Below are positions 22,499-34,400 of a DNA stretch of 64,000 nucleotides, in pieces. The notes under the pieces are model-generated. The model did not search any database. It was not told the origin of the DNA and saw only the letters and a list, made by a program, of their open reading frames with translations. This DNA comes from Moniliella sp. 'wahieum'. Its lineage: Eukaryota. The stretch spans positions 248,001 through 312,000 of the forward strand of contig RSEE01000011.1 of the NCBI GenBank assembly GCA_003971905.1, written 5' to 3'. A program made the position numbers and the translations under genes. The first letter of the stretch is position 1, and every line of letters begins with the position of its first letter.

Positions 22499-24944
22499 TT
22501 ATGCCGTGGGTTTGAGCGTCACGTCGGACAGAATCTTGAACGCTTCTTTGTACACATCGAGCAGAGACTGGACGCGCTTACGCTCCAATTTGATGGTCTC
22601 GTCTTCCTCCAGCAGTCAGAGAAGAGATTGTCACGGTAGAGACCCTTGACCAAACGGTTCTGTACCGTATCGCGCGTGAAGTTGACCAAGAGGTGCATGA
22701 TGGCCTTGGGAACAAGATCCTCGATCATTTGACGTACCACGCCAAAGTAAGATGTGATCAGTGCACGGATGAGCGTTGTTTCAATCTCTTCCCGCTCAGA
22801 GAGAGCATACTCATTGGGACTTATAGTGGTGGCCTCCAAGTGTTTGTCGAGCGATTTCATGTCGTACGCCGCGCTGGACCCCTCCAGGCCCAAACGGCCA
22901 GCGAACAAGCTGGTGTTGGACCTCAGTGCGCCCGATGGACGAGTTGACGGGGCTGACCCGGTGCCCATTGCAGCCCCTGGCCCAGTAGTGGCACCGAAAA
23001 AGTAGTTGAGAAAACCATCGCCTGTTTGTTTTCTCCGGCTTGCGCCGAAGCCCGGTGGACTGGGACGAGGTGGAAAGGCGCGCTTCACTCGGCCCCGGGC
23101 TTGGTCCGCACCCGTGTCACACCTGGAGACACCAAATTGTCCTCGTCATCATCTCCCTCACCACTGAGGTCAGGTGAGTCGAGTGCATCCGAGTCAAAGC
23201 CTAGTCCGCGCTTGGAGCCATTTGCGAGGGAGCGACGCTGGTGCAGCTGGCGTGTCTGCTCCGCGATCGAAGCCGAGTCTTGCACAAACAGAGGGTGGTT
23301 CGTGTTGATGTACGCGGCCTGGATAGAGATCAGACTCTGAACATACTCGCTCGTCGGTCCCAGCCGCTCCCGCAAATCCGATACCACCTCAATCAGCTGC
23401 GCATGCAGCCGGGGGAAGCGCTGCAGTTCCGTGTTGGTAATGTTGTGGACAGATTTTCATCAGTTCTTCATATACCAGCTCGACGCACCGCAGCGAAGGG
23501 GGCTCCAGCAACTTAATTTGGGGCTTAATTAGCAATTCAAACGCCTGCTCTGGAACGAAGAGGCTAGGACGAGGTCCTGTGCTGTTGCGAATTGCAGTGC
23601 GAATGTCCTGCATTGCCAAGTTGCTTGTCGGGTTCAGCCCCTCGAGAGCATGGCCAAAGACGTCATTAAAGATATAGATATGCGTGCACCACCGCAAAGT
23701 TCCTTGGTCGAAATCTCAAAGGAGGTACCATCAATCGAAGCGACAAAGTCTCTGGCAAACTTGGGTCATGAGCTTGAGCACCATGGCGGCTTGCTCATTC
23801 TCGTCCACATAACCGGCATCGCCAAACGTGGCAAGTTCCTGCTGAGCCTGGCCCATGAGCGTGTTGAGACGCGCCTTCATATCGGCAGTTTCTCGCGGAT
23901 GTGGTTCATCAGGACAGAGTTCAATGTGCGAGCCAGGTATTTCGTGCCAGTGCGGTGAGAAATGTTGCGGTAGGCAGGATGGTTGCGGAAAAAGTCCTGC
24001 TCAGCTTGACGAGCTTGGAGCATGGATACATTGCCATTAATATCCTTTTGCGAACGGTTGACTACGCCGATGAACCCAAGCTTGAGCGGATAGACCGTCC
24101 CGTGAGAATATCCATCGCATGTGTGCCGCTGTCCATCAGGTCTAGCTTGGTTAGCACACCGATTGTGCGCCTACCTTGCGGGTCGACGCTGCGCGCCAGT
24201 TTGAGACTGTCGCTGTTGGCCAAGTCGACATTAGCCGGGCTGATAGCGAGGATAATGCAATTGGGCTTCGAGATGTAGTCGCGCACCAAGTCTCGGATCT
24301 GACGTTCAATGTCGGATGGTTGATCTCCTACCGGAATCTGAAAAAAGTCAGCAAAGGCGGACCATAAAGACAGAGGCGTACCTTTGTTAGACCGGGAAGG
24401 TCAACCAGAGTCAGATTGAGCACATTAGGAGAGTGGATCTTGAGGTGGATTGGCAGCTTGGATACGCCCTTGTTCTGTCCAGCGACACGGTAGGTCTCGT
24501 TCTCAATCTCGCGTCGGATCTCGCTAAAGTCTGTGAAGCGGCGGTCGAGATGAAGGAACTCGCCCCATTCGTTTAGCTGCGACGAATTTAAGCTTGGGGC
24601 AGCCTGTCATCACCCTCAGATGCGCCAGTCGCGGACCCTTTCGGCAGGGGAGTGTGGATGAGCTGCAGAACCAAGGGACGACGTGTGACAATTCCACTCC
24701 CACGTGGAAGAAAATCCTTGCCAACGATGCTGGGCAGCGAGAAGGTTAGCAATGCGCGCTCCTGGAGGGAATGAACGTTCAGTTGAACGTCGGCTGAACG
24801 CTGCACTCACGTCTCCAGCACCGACGACTTGCCGGAGCTCTGGGCGCCCACAACGACGCATTGCGGCAAATCAACCGAGTCGCCGCCGATGGAAGCGAAG
24901 GTCTCCTGGAGTTTGTTAACAACGTTGATAAGGTCGACGTCCAT
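22499..24944 (-). CDS. DNM1: Dynamin-related mitochondrial fission GTPase Dnm1/Drp1
   Basis: [80 protein letters not shown]. Introns 24730-24810 and 24338-24381; frameshifts. Confidence 0.95.
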
Positions 24945-25446
24945 GGCAGCAGTGGCAGAAGAAACACGGTCAAGCTGGGCTGCTGGATGGGTGGCGGGGT
25001 TGAAAGGAGCGGGGCGGGTAGCTGAGATGAGATCGATGAGCCCTGGCAGGCCAGCCATGGAAACACAGCCGCAACAGGAACACCCAGAAAAGGCACACTG
25101 CCCCCCTACCCCAGCGATCCGCTCGCCAGCCTTCTGTGAGGCCGTGAAATTGGAGTTGGGGCACGGGCAGTGCCCCATCTCCGACGCGTTGTTACGTCAC
25201 ATGTCACATGATCAATTGCCCCCCCACTGGTCCCGACGATGCTGCGGACGCGTCAGACGTCATCGCGTCATCACCGGCATCACTCTCTGCCGCCACCGGG
25301 AACATTCTCGGGACGCGTAACGCGTAACGCGCAATCGACAAGATCTTTTGCTTTAAGTTTTGCACGTGCCAATTCAGCATCGAATCCTACCGATCTGCGT
25401 TCAAGTTGAACGTTCAATGTACACTGAACGTTCAACGTACGTAGGC

Positions 25447-25552
25447 GACTGGGGAGAACGGTGGCTAAGGTGGCGACGGAAACGGTGGCTAAGGCCTAAG
25501 GTGGCGACGGGGGAACCCGCTGACCGGCCGTAGGCCCGGTGGTCTCCTCGTT
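25447..25552. repeat. Second copy of the 1421-1498 repeat, with internal duplication
   Basis: ACGGTGGCTAAGG x2 and TAAGGTGGCGACGG x2, followed by GGCCCGGTGGTCTCCTCGTT. Confidence 0.75.
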
Positions 25553-26839
25553 TTTTACGGAGTGAGATTTTAAAATTCAAATCTCCAAAGCTTAAAGGCC
25601 TAATGTCCACGACCTATACGATCCGCTGCAGTGCATTTTTCCTCGTGTGCGTTAGCCTGAGGCATGTGAAGCTGAGGCAGACGGATGGGTACCAAAGCTT
25701 AACAATCAGCTCTACGATATACTCAGTATTGAGACTCAGTTGAGTACTCAGTCTGAGTACCAATCGCACTGTAGTCTGGTACGCGAGACTGCTCTAAGGC
25801 TTATCGATTATCTCGGTACGCGGCAGTACGATATATGACCGTGACCGGCGTGACCGCGTGACCGGTGACCCCAGTTTTTTTTTTCATTGCCACCGTCAGC
25901 ATCTCCAGCGTGTTCGCCCACGATTGCGCAACCAAGTACCCTCCAATATCCAATCCTCTTCAAGCTTCAAGTTAAGCTTTACGGTTACCGGGGTACGCGT
26001 TACGTGGCACCTGCAGTAAAACGCTATCATACGTACACTTTCATCCGCGGGTGTGGAAAACTTTTATCCGGGTGGCCTTAGGACATATATATGGGACACA
26101 GCAGGGCAGGGCCAGCGACACGTACGCAGGGCTTCGCATATAGGCTCAGAACTGAGTCAGGCTCAGCGGGACTGTGCTCAGCGCTGACTTTAACTCACAG
26201 CTCTTCCGTACTTACTCTAACATTGCCATCGGCTGGTGGCAAAAGCAGCTCCAGAGCAGATAGGCGCCGATGGGGGTGCGTTGAATGCATGAGAATACTG
26301 AGCTTGAAGCTTAACCGCGTAACGCGTAACGTACGTAACCGGGTAAGCGGTGGCCACAGTCGCCTCCCTCGCAGATCTCAGCCATCATGCATCACCATGT
26401 AACACAGTGCACTGAAACGTTGCAATTTGAAGAGGCTTACGCTGCAAGGGACTTGCGGCAAAAAGCGGCAACTCCAACGACGCTGGACCAACAAGCTTCA
26501 AGCTCCAAGCAGCTTGAATTGAAGCTTCAAGCTTCACGTCAATCGATCATCGATAACCGCTAAGCGCTAAGCGCTAAAAGGAAGCTTGAAGCGATAATCG
26601 ATGATCGATGAAGGAACAGCCTGTTGCAGCAGCTGGCACATCCCATCCGCCCTCCCATGCTCCTGTGTCCTAATGGCCCGTCCAGCACCACCACACTGCC
26701 CCATTTCCCCATTCCCCATTTCCTCAGCACCAGCAGCTTGGGCTCTGTGGGAAGCCATTCTTCATCTCCCCCACAGCGCCCCTGCCACCACCTCTTCTTC
26801 TCTTCCCTCCGATCATCTCCTTGGCCTGCCCCAGCCCCC

Positions 26840-29800
26840 ATGGACTACACCCCATCCGCACCCCGCATGGGCCTCCAGCCCGCTCCATCTTCCTCTGTAC
26901 CCCCAGATCCTCACCACTCCCACTCGCCATCCCTAGCCCCCTCTTTCATCCGACCAGAAGAGGCCAGTCCAGCCGCAGGGACTGGTACCCCGTCCCAGGT
27001 CAACCTACGTGGGCGTCCCCGCGCTTTGACAGCTCGCATTCGGCCTCGACCCTCATTTGACCGTGGCATGGTGTGTCCACCCGTCCTGTCTCACTACTCC
27101 CATTCGTATGGTTTCTTTACTTACTCTTCCCATGTAACTGTCATTGCCTCATTGGCCTCATCCCCACTACAGATCAAGCAAGAGACACAACCCCAGCATA
27201 TGGCACCTATGACTTCCTCAAAGATGCTCCCGAAGTGAAGAAAAAATCTTTCTTTACCAACCGTCGCCCAAGCCAACTCGCCTTGCGCCTCAAGGATACC
27301 AGCCCCGAACCTACTTCGTCATCTTCTCAGCTCCACAGCTCAGCGAGCTCAAGCTTGTTGGTCTCCTCAGAACCACCACCCGCTTCGCCAGGGTCAGACA
27401 GGGGGGCTGAGTCTGCTTTCCCGTGCATTCCTCCTTCAGGCCCTGCTACATCGCCCTCCCCTCCTTTCGTCGAAGCGTCACAGGAAGATCTGTGCCCGGC
27501 GGTCGCCTTTTCTGCTCCAGCCCGATCCCTCTCATCTTTTTCTTACCTGCAACCATCGTCTCCTTCTGACGCTCTTCACTCGCCAACCCACCAACAGGGT
27601 TTTATGCCACCCATGGCTGCCTCTGTGCAAGGTAAGGATAAGCCCGGTATGACTCCTCTCCCGCCCTCTGAAAATGAGGTTGTTTCGCCGTTAGCCATGC
27701 CGGGCGATGGGGGGAGTGCGCATGGGGCAGGTCAGATGACCGGGATAGGAAGAGGGAGCAGCACCTCTCCTCAGTTGGTGTCACAACCATCGACAGAAGC
27801 GCCCCCGACGTGGCCCACACTACACCACCCTTGGACTTTGATGACTATCTCAAGCACGCCGAGTGGACTAAAGTCATTTATTCTACCGGCGAGTCGTACA
27901 TTTCCTCAGCTCCGGCACAAGTCAGTTCGTCTTCCCCGTCGTTTGCCTTTGGTATGCAGGCCAAGGACGCAAGCATCGACAATTTGTTGCTCTCCCCCCT
28001 ATTGGGGTTGCGTTCGCCCAGCCGGGCACGTTCACGGCGCCGCAAAGGTCATCTTCCCCTCGTTTTCCGATTCAATGCATGACACAGATCCTGTTTCAAG
28101 CTCACCGCCACCCGCAACGATACCTATGGCAACAGGCATGTCAAGCTTGGGATCGTTGGCCCAGTTGGCCAATGCCTTCCGTGACGCGCGCAACAAGGAC
28201 AAAAAATGGACAGGCACACCTCGTTTAAGCCTCCGGACTTGCCACAATCCGCGTTGGATGCGACGGGGAACGGGGTCGACTTATCTTTGCCGGGGGGTTG
28301 CCAGAGCTGACTGACCTGGTCCCCTCAGGACCATCAGATGACCTGCTTTTCTCCCTCGATATGTCTCGTCCTGTAAGTCAAGCGGGTAGCTCCGTGGGCG
28401 GGCTGTGCAGGAGCCGGTCATTCATTTTCCAGCCTTCATGATGGGTTGCGTGCCTACGCACCCTCTGAAACGGCTGGAGGCGTGACCACCGACCTGGCCT
28501 ACACATCTCATTCGTTTCAGCCCGCTCCGAGGGGACGGGCGGAGTGTACGGCGGTGCATCAATGCCTGACTTGGGCATTAGCCCTCCGACTGAGCTGATG
28601 GAAGGAATCCCCACGGGACGACGCCCGTCGGTTCAATCGCAGAAACGTATCTCTTTCAAAGGACGTACGCTCCTGCGCCATTTACGCACCAAAAGCAGCG
28701 AAGGTTTGTGGGCCACCAAAATCCGACAGACAACACCGTCGCCCAATCCACGCCCGCCTACTTTCTTTCACGATTCAGCTCCCGCACCTCCGTACGGGGC
28801 TGGCGCATCCTCTCGACCTTCTGCGTTGGCTGCCACAATGCTCCCACATACAACCTCCGAGGGCAAATCGGGTCCGACGTCGACTTTAACAGTCGTGACA
28901 AACGCAACGGGCAGTTCGTTCTCCTCACTAAACGATCAAGCACCGTGCCACTTACCTTCAACGTCCACCGGCGATGGTGTCCCTATGGGCCCGCGCCGCC
29001 AGTCGGACGAGCACGAGTTGCTGGCGATGGACTCGAAATACCCCCCCACGACGCCGACCTTACCCATTTCACCTTTGACAGTTCCATGCCACAGGAATGC
29101 GAGCAAGGGAGGCGAGTGCAACGGCGCTCAGGCGGTGCTCTCCAAGACATCCATCCTTTCCCCGCTTGCGCCACGTTCAGATTTGTTGGATTCTCTTGTC
29201 TCGGCTCCGGACAATTACCTGCGCCTCACTCCGACCGATTCACCTGAAGACCTGTGGGCGGCACTGCAGGCCACTCGTGCTGCCGCCATCTTTCTTCAGC
29301 TCCATGCACCGGGCAGCGCAAACCAGGGTAGAAAACTGGGGGCCTTATCCGAAGCTTCTCGCCCGATCTGATATCAACCCATCGGCAGTTGATGCACCGC
29401 CCCATCATTAAGCTTGAACTCTGTAGCCAATTTGTCTTCGGATCTGTACCCTGATTCAGTCCCCAATCTCTGAAGCACATGTTGGATACGTTGGCTTTAT
29501 CTGTTGTTCCATCGTCTCCTGCTTTGGCCAACAGCAGTGCCACGGAGAAAGAGAAGAGGCCGTCTCTTTGTCGACCACTCGCCCGCAAAGGGGGCCAAAT
29601 CGTTCGGCTGAACCTGGTGGTTCATCTACGATGTCCACCCCGTTCCCTGGTTGGTCTGCAGCCTATGCACGTCACGCGACTGATCCCAACACCTTGTCCT
29701 CCTTTCTTTCTGCCAGAAAAAATGAGAGAGGGTTTCGGCATCGCGCTTACTCGGCGGGAGCCAAACCGGGAATGGCCGTGCAGCCCAAACCATCCCACGC

Positions 29801-30504
29801 CAACCCGGTTTCCCAAACCGACGAATCGTCCTGTCGCATCGCGTCGGAAGATCCCACGCCGTACTCACTTAGGTCGCCTCCCACGCCCAGCACCACCGCC
29901 ATTACCCCGTGCACACCTGCCGCCTGGTCGGCCTCTCTCCTCAGCCCCACGCTCACTACTCCTATCTCACCTCTCACCCCCAACTCACGGCGCAGCTTCT
30001 CCGTGGTTGGCGAAGGATCTTCCGTGCCCATGGCAGGGTACGAGGGCGCAGCGGACCTTCCCTCTCCGCCTGGCCCCGTCCCTCCTCTGACGTATCCATC
30101 GTTACCGGATTTATCCTCTCCGACACCCCGGTTCTCTCATAGCCCCCAGCCCGAGCTGCGGCCAGGGACGAGAACGGGTGGTGCGGCTGATCAGCTGACG
30201 CCCCACCCGCCCGTACAAGGCGACGGAAACGGTGTAGAGCTGGCGCCTCCATTTGCTTTCCGTCCGCCTCCCTCCCAAGAAAACTTCGATCGCCCCGCCC
30301 AACTGCCCTGATGATGAGTGGCGACTCTGTGGGGCGGGATGGGGGATCGGGACCCCTGCCGACGCGGCCGCCTACCTTGCCCTGGCCCGGTCCCGGATCA
30401 ACGAGCAAGATGCCGAACTGTATGCCCGCTTCTTGCGTGGGACAGAGGCCCGCCTGAGCCAGCAACAGCAAGGCGGCGGCCGGAATGGGACTGCGGTAGT
30501 TTAA
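26840..30504 (+). CDS. Large Pro/Ser-rich hypothetical protein
   Basis: Chain of overlapping + strand ORFs (27073-28314, 28544-29371, 29568-30311, 30253-30504), with probable introns near 27071-27172 and 29435-29460. Ordered-looking segments LDFDDYLKHAEWTKVIY and EWRLCGAGWG...YARFLRG. No family recognised. Confidence 0.55.
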
Positions 30505-30635
30505 GCACCTCCTCCTTGTACTTTTGCTCTTTTCCTCTCATCGCTTTTGCGCACATACTCTCACTTTACGTTGTCGTTCGTGCCGTTCTCTCTCACCAGT
30601 GAGAAGAAGTCTGTGTGGCATATATTTCGTAAGGC

Positions 30636-30688
30636 TCTTCGTCTTCGTCTTCGTCTTCGTCTTCGTCTTCGTCTTCGTCTTCGTCTTC
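30636..30688. repeat. (GTCTTC)n microsatellite
   Basis: 8 perfect GTCTTC units plus a partial unit. Confidence 0.97.
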
Positions 30689-31446
30689 CATCAGCGTATG
30701 CAGCGTTCAACGTTCATCATCAGTTCTAATTCAAGTTAAAGTCATAATGTTTTCTACCGTTATGTACTACCTCCACCCCCGCACGCCACAAGTCCCATAA
30801 TGACTGCGGAGAAGGCAACAGTGCGATGGGTGCTGTGGATGTGTCTATCTATATAGTAGCAGCTAGGTTTTCAAGCGAGCCATCGTTCTCGTGTGCGGGG
30901 TAGAGTTGGAGCCTGGGCTGTGTTCGAAGCATACGACCAGTCTGGCTCTCGCAAACATCCTTCTCGCCGCCAGCATCTGTGGTGCAGATCGATGCATGGT
31001 ACACCCGCACAACGGATAATGGCCGAGGGCCTTGGAGCTTGAAGCTTGACTGGCTTTGCCTGTCATGCACACGTTTAAGTCCAAGCCGCCCCGCGTAAGC
31101 AATACATCACAGGATCACCTCAGACCTGCATGTCACAGCGGGGTGGCCGCGGCGGAATGCAGGATGCGACGCGTCGGAGCAGCACAGGGCGAGTGCGTGC
31201 GGTGCGCCTCAACGCTGAGCGCTGATGCATGATGCATGATGGGGGGATGCGCGGACGCGGGATGGGCGATGCAGGATGCAGGATGGGACGCGGGACGGGA
31301 CAGGACGCGAGGCGAGGCGAGGCGCGTCGCGTGCAGCGGAACGCCCAGCGGACACCCGCTCTGCACAGACAGCAGACGCAGCAGACGCAGCAGACACCGC
31401 CGCACCGCAGACGCACCCCCACCACCCACCCCTGGCGCCTGCCGCA

Positions 31447-34400
31447 ATGCGCCGTATCCGTCGTCGCTGGCGCTTCCGTCGGGCGCAAGGAGGCGCGGCA
31501 GCATGCTGCCGACGAGCGTGTGCGCCGCCGCGCAGATGCGCAGTGTCCTCTCTGCTGCCCGCGTCCAGGGCTTCGGCCCTCCCGACCGCCCTGCCCGCCC
31601 CCGCCCGCGCATGCACCCGCGCCTCGCGCCCACCTCGGCCGCCGCCCCGCCCGCTGCGCCCACCGCCACGCCCATCGTGCCTGGCGCAGCCCATGCCCAC
31701 GCACACACCAGTCCCCCCCACCCCCAAACGCATTCCCCCTCCCACCCCCCGCCCCCCGCGTCCCTCATGCTCGCCCGCCCCGCCGTCTCCGGTGGCTTCT
31801 ACGGCCCCGCTGCCACTCCCTCTTCCCGCGCCAAGCGCCCCATTAGCGCTACCCCGTCCACTGTCTCCGCCCCCCGCCGTCCAAGCGCCTCCGCCCGGCC
31901 GACGGCCACCGCAGCAGTGGCAGTGGCACCGACTCCGACTCCGACTCCGACGAGGACGAGGACGAGGGCCTGGGCCTTGGCACCCTTCTCCGCTCCGCTC
32001 AAACACGTTCGACACCATTGAATGCGCGTCACCCCCCAACTCCTTTGCCGCAAGCACGAATGCCCGACTCGGACGCTACCCTTCGCCCCTCCTCCTCTCC
32101 TGCCTCCCGCCCTCCCCGAGTAGCATTGAGTGAATCGGATAGTGACGATGGGGTCGGTCTTGGTGTCCTGGCTGCCACCTCTGCCTGTGTCTCGGCATCC
32201 GCTCCTGCTCCCCGCCCTGCACGCAAGACACTTGCCACTGGAGGCCGCACTCGTCGCACGCCCGCCCCTACTAGTCCCGCATCTGGGTTACCATCACCCC
32301 TACCCCGCGGCACTTTCTGCTGTGCACTCTGGACCAAAGAGCGACCGTGACCCCATCTCAACCACAACCACCCGCACCAACACTGATACAGAAAATCCCA
32401 AACTGGCACAGCCGCCGCCGCGTCGGCGCATAAGCTCAGAGTTACGAACTCCTGCGCCTGCGCGCCTCAACGCGTGGCCGCATCTGATTCCGAGTCGGAG
32501 CTGTCGGATTCTTATTTGGATCTTGATGCGTATGAGGAGGAAGGGGAGGATGTGGAAGACGATCAGATCATGCTGCTTGGACCAAGCGCCGCGGGGAACC
32601 TCGAACATCTAGGGTGACACGAGTACTCAACCCAGCTTCAACATTACCTGCCAAGCGATTGCAAAAGGTACTCGAGGATCTGTTTGAGGACGACGATTCC
32701 GTTCCCGTTCCCACCGAGTTGGCCCAATTGGCTGCTGCGCATAGACCCTGGACGAGTACTTGGCTCCACCACATTTCTGGCACCCGTGCCCGTGTTGTGC
32801 TCCGCCCTCACGCCGTCGTCCAACTAACTAAGCTTGTCAAGGCCGCAACATTGCCCTTTGCCGTGCGAGCCGCCTCGGACGTGCGTGACCTTGCCACCCT
32901 CGAGTCGCTGTTTCCTCTTCCAAGGCAGCTGTCGGACCTCGACCCTAGCTTGCTCGCGCGCCTTGCCCGTATTCTTACCCGCACTGCCGCTGCGGAGGAG
33001 GACGATCCCGATCCCCGCCCACCTGCTATCCTCTCTTCTGGAGCCAAGGCGACTGGTGATGACGGAACCGAGACTCTAGATCTTGAGGCTGAGCGCAAAG
33101 AGGTGAGCAGATTTGCTACCCTCAGCGCCACTGCCTGCACCGCAGCCGAGTGTCTTGCCACCCTCCTTCTGCCCCGCTCGTTCCTGCAAGCCTGTTGCGG
33201 GAGGATGCATTCACTTCCTCCCTCGATGCGGTCAAGATGTCCGTCTCAGAGTTACTTTTGCCCCTCACCGACTCGGCCACCCTCGCGACTCCTCCCACGA
33301 TGCTGTCTTCTCGTTTCTTTGCATCGATAGCTCAGGATCTTTCTCGTTCTGCCGAAGCGGACTGGGAATCGCCCGGCTCCGAGGCAGCACACCTCTCGGC
33401 GGTGCAATGTGCCGCATCCTTGCAGCACCTCCTCTCCTCCACCCGCTCGGCCATGCGAGCCTTGGCAACTTTGCTCGAAACGGCGCCTTCCTCCTAGTGA
33501 GCAGGTGGCCATTTCTGCTTCCGATCTGGCCCTTACAGCATTTTTCCTCCCTGCGGCAGACGACGAGCGGATCAACAATGAGGTCGCACCCAAACCCAAG
33601 TCTACCACGAAAGCCAAGGGGAAGGGGAAGGGGAAACCCACGAAACGGCGGGGAGCCAACACCGCTGATTTCCCTCACACTTCCTCGGCCGACTTGTGGA
33701 ATGCGGTAGCCGATCCCAATGCACTCTCCCGCCGCCGGAGCACCGGCAGCTCTGGGGGGGGTGAAGGCATGGGGGGACCCCTCGCACCTGTGGCCCAGGC
33801 CGTGCTACGGACCCTCTTTGCCCGCACCCCTCTCAGCGGGGTTGGATTGTTGATGAGTTGGTCAGCTCCTTGATTCGGTTCCCCCTCCCACCCCCGTCAC
33901 CGTCTAGGGATGAGAAATGAGTGTTTGCGAACCGCGAGCTCCCCATGCTCTCCTCCTACACCTCATTCAGGCTGCCGTTAAGATGCCGACGCTCCCTGAC
34001 AAGGACGAGGAGGAAGATGGCGAGGGTAGGAATCATGCCGAGGGGTGGGCTGTCCCAGCAAGATCCTCCTCAGTTGGATGAGGGCAGGGATGGAACCGAT
34101 CCTGAATCCTGCATTGGCGAAGTGCGCTTGACTGACCCCCTCGCAGGTCCCAAAGCTGTGGTGGGGGTAGTGGCGCGTGTGTTGGTGGGAAGGCTGTCCA
34201 GTCTGTCCACCGCTGTGGACGCCCGGGGTGGAGAAGTACTGGCCTCGCTCGTTGCCGATGTAGGTGGATGCCTGGGTCAGACTGCCTGGCCGGGGGCTGC
34301 AATGTTGGTTGAGCGTCTTTCCTCGGCCCTTCTTGCTTTACTCCAGCTACCCTCGCGCGCTGCATCGCCCCCTGAAGGCAAACTTCACCCCTCTGTTCGC

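Noticed and set aside
31120..32133. Multiple long overlapping ORFs on both strands
   Set aside because: Explained by very high GC, low-complexity sequence at the SCC2 5' end; shadow ORFs.
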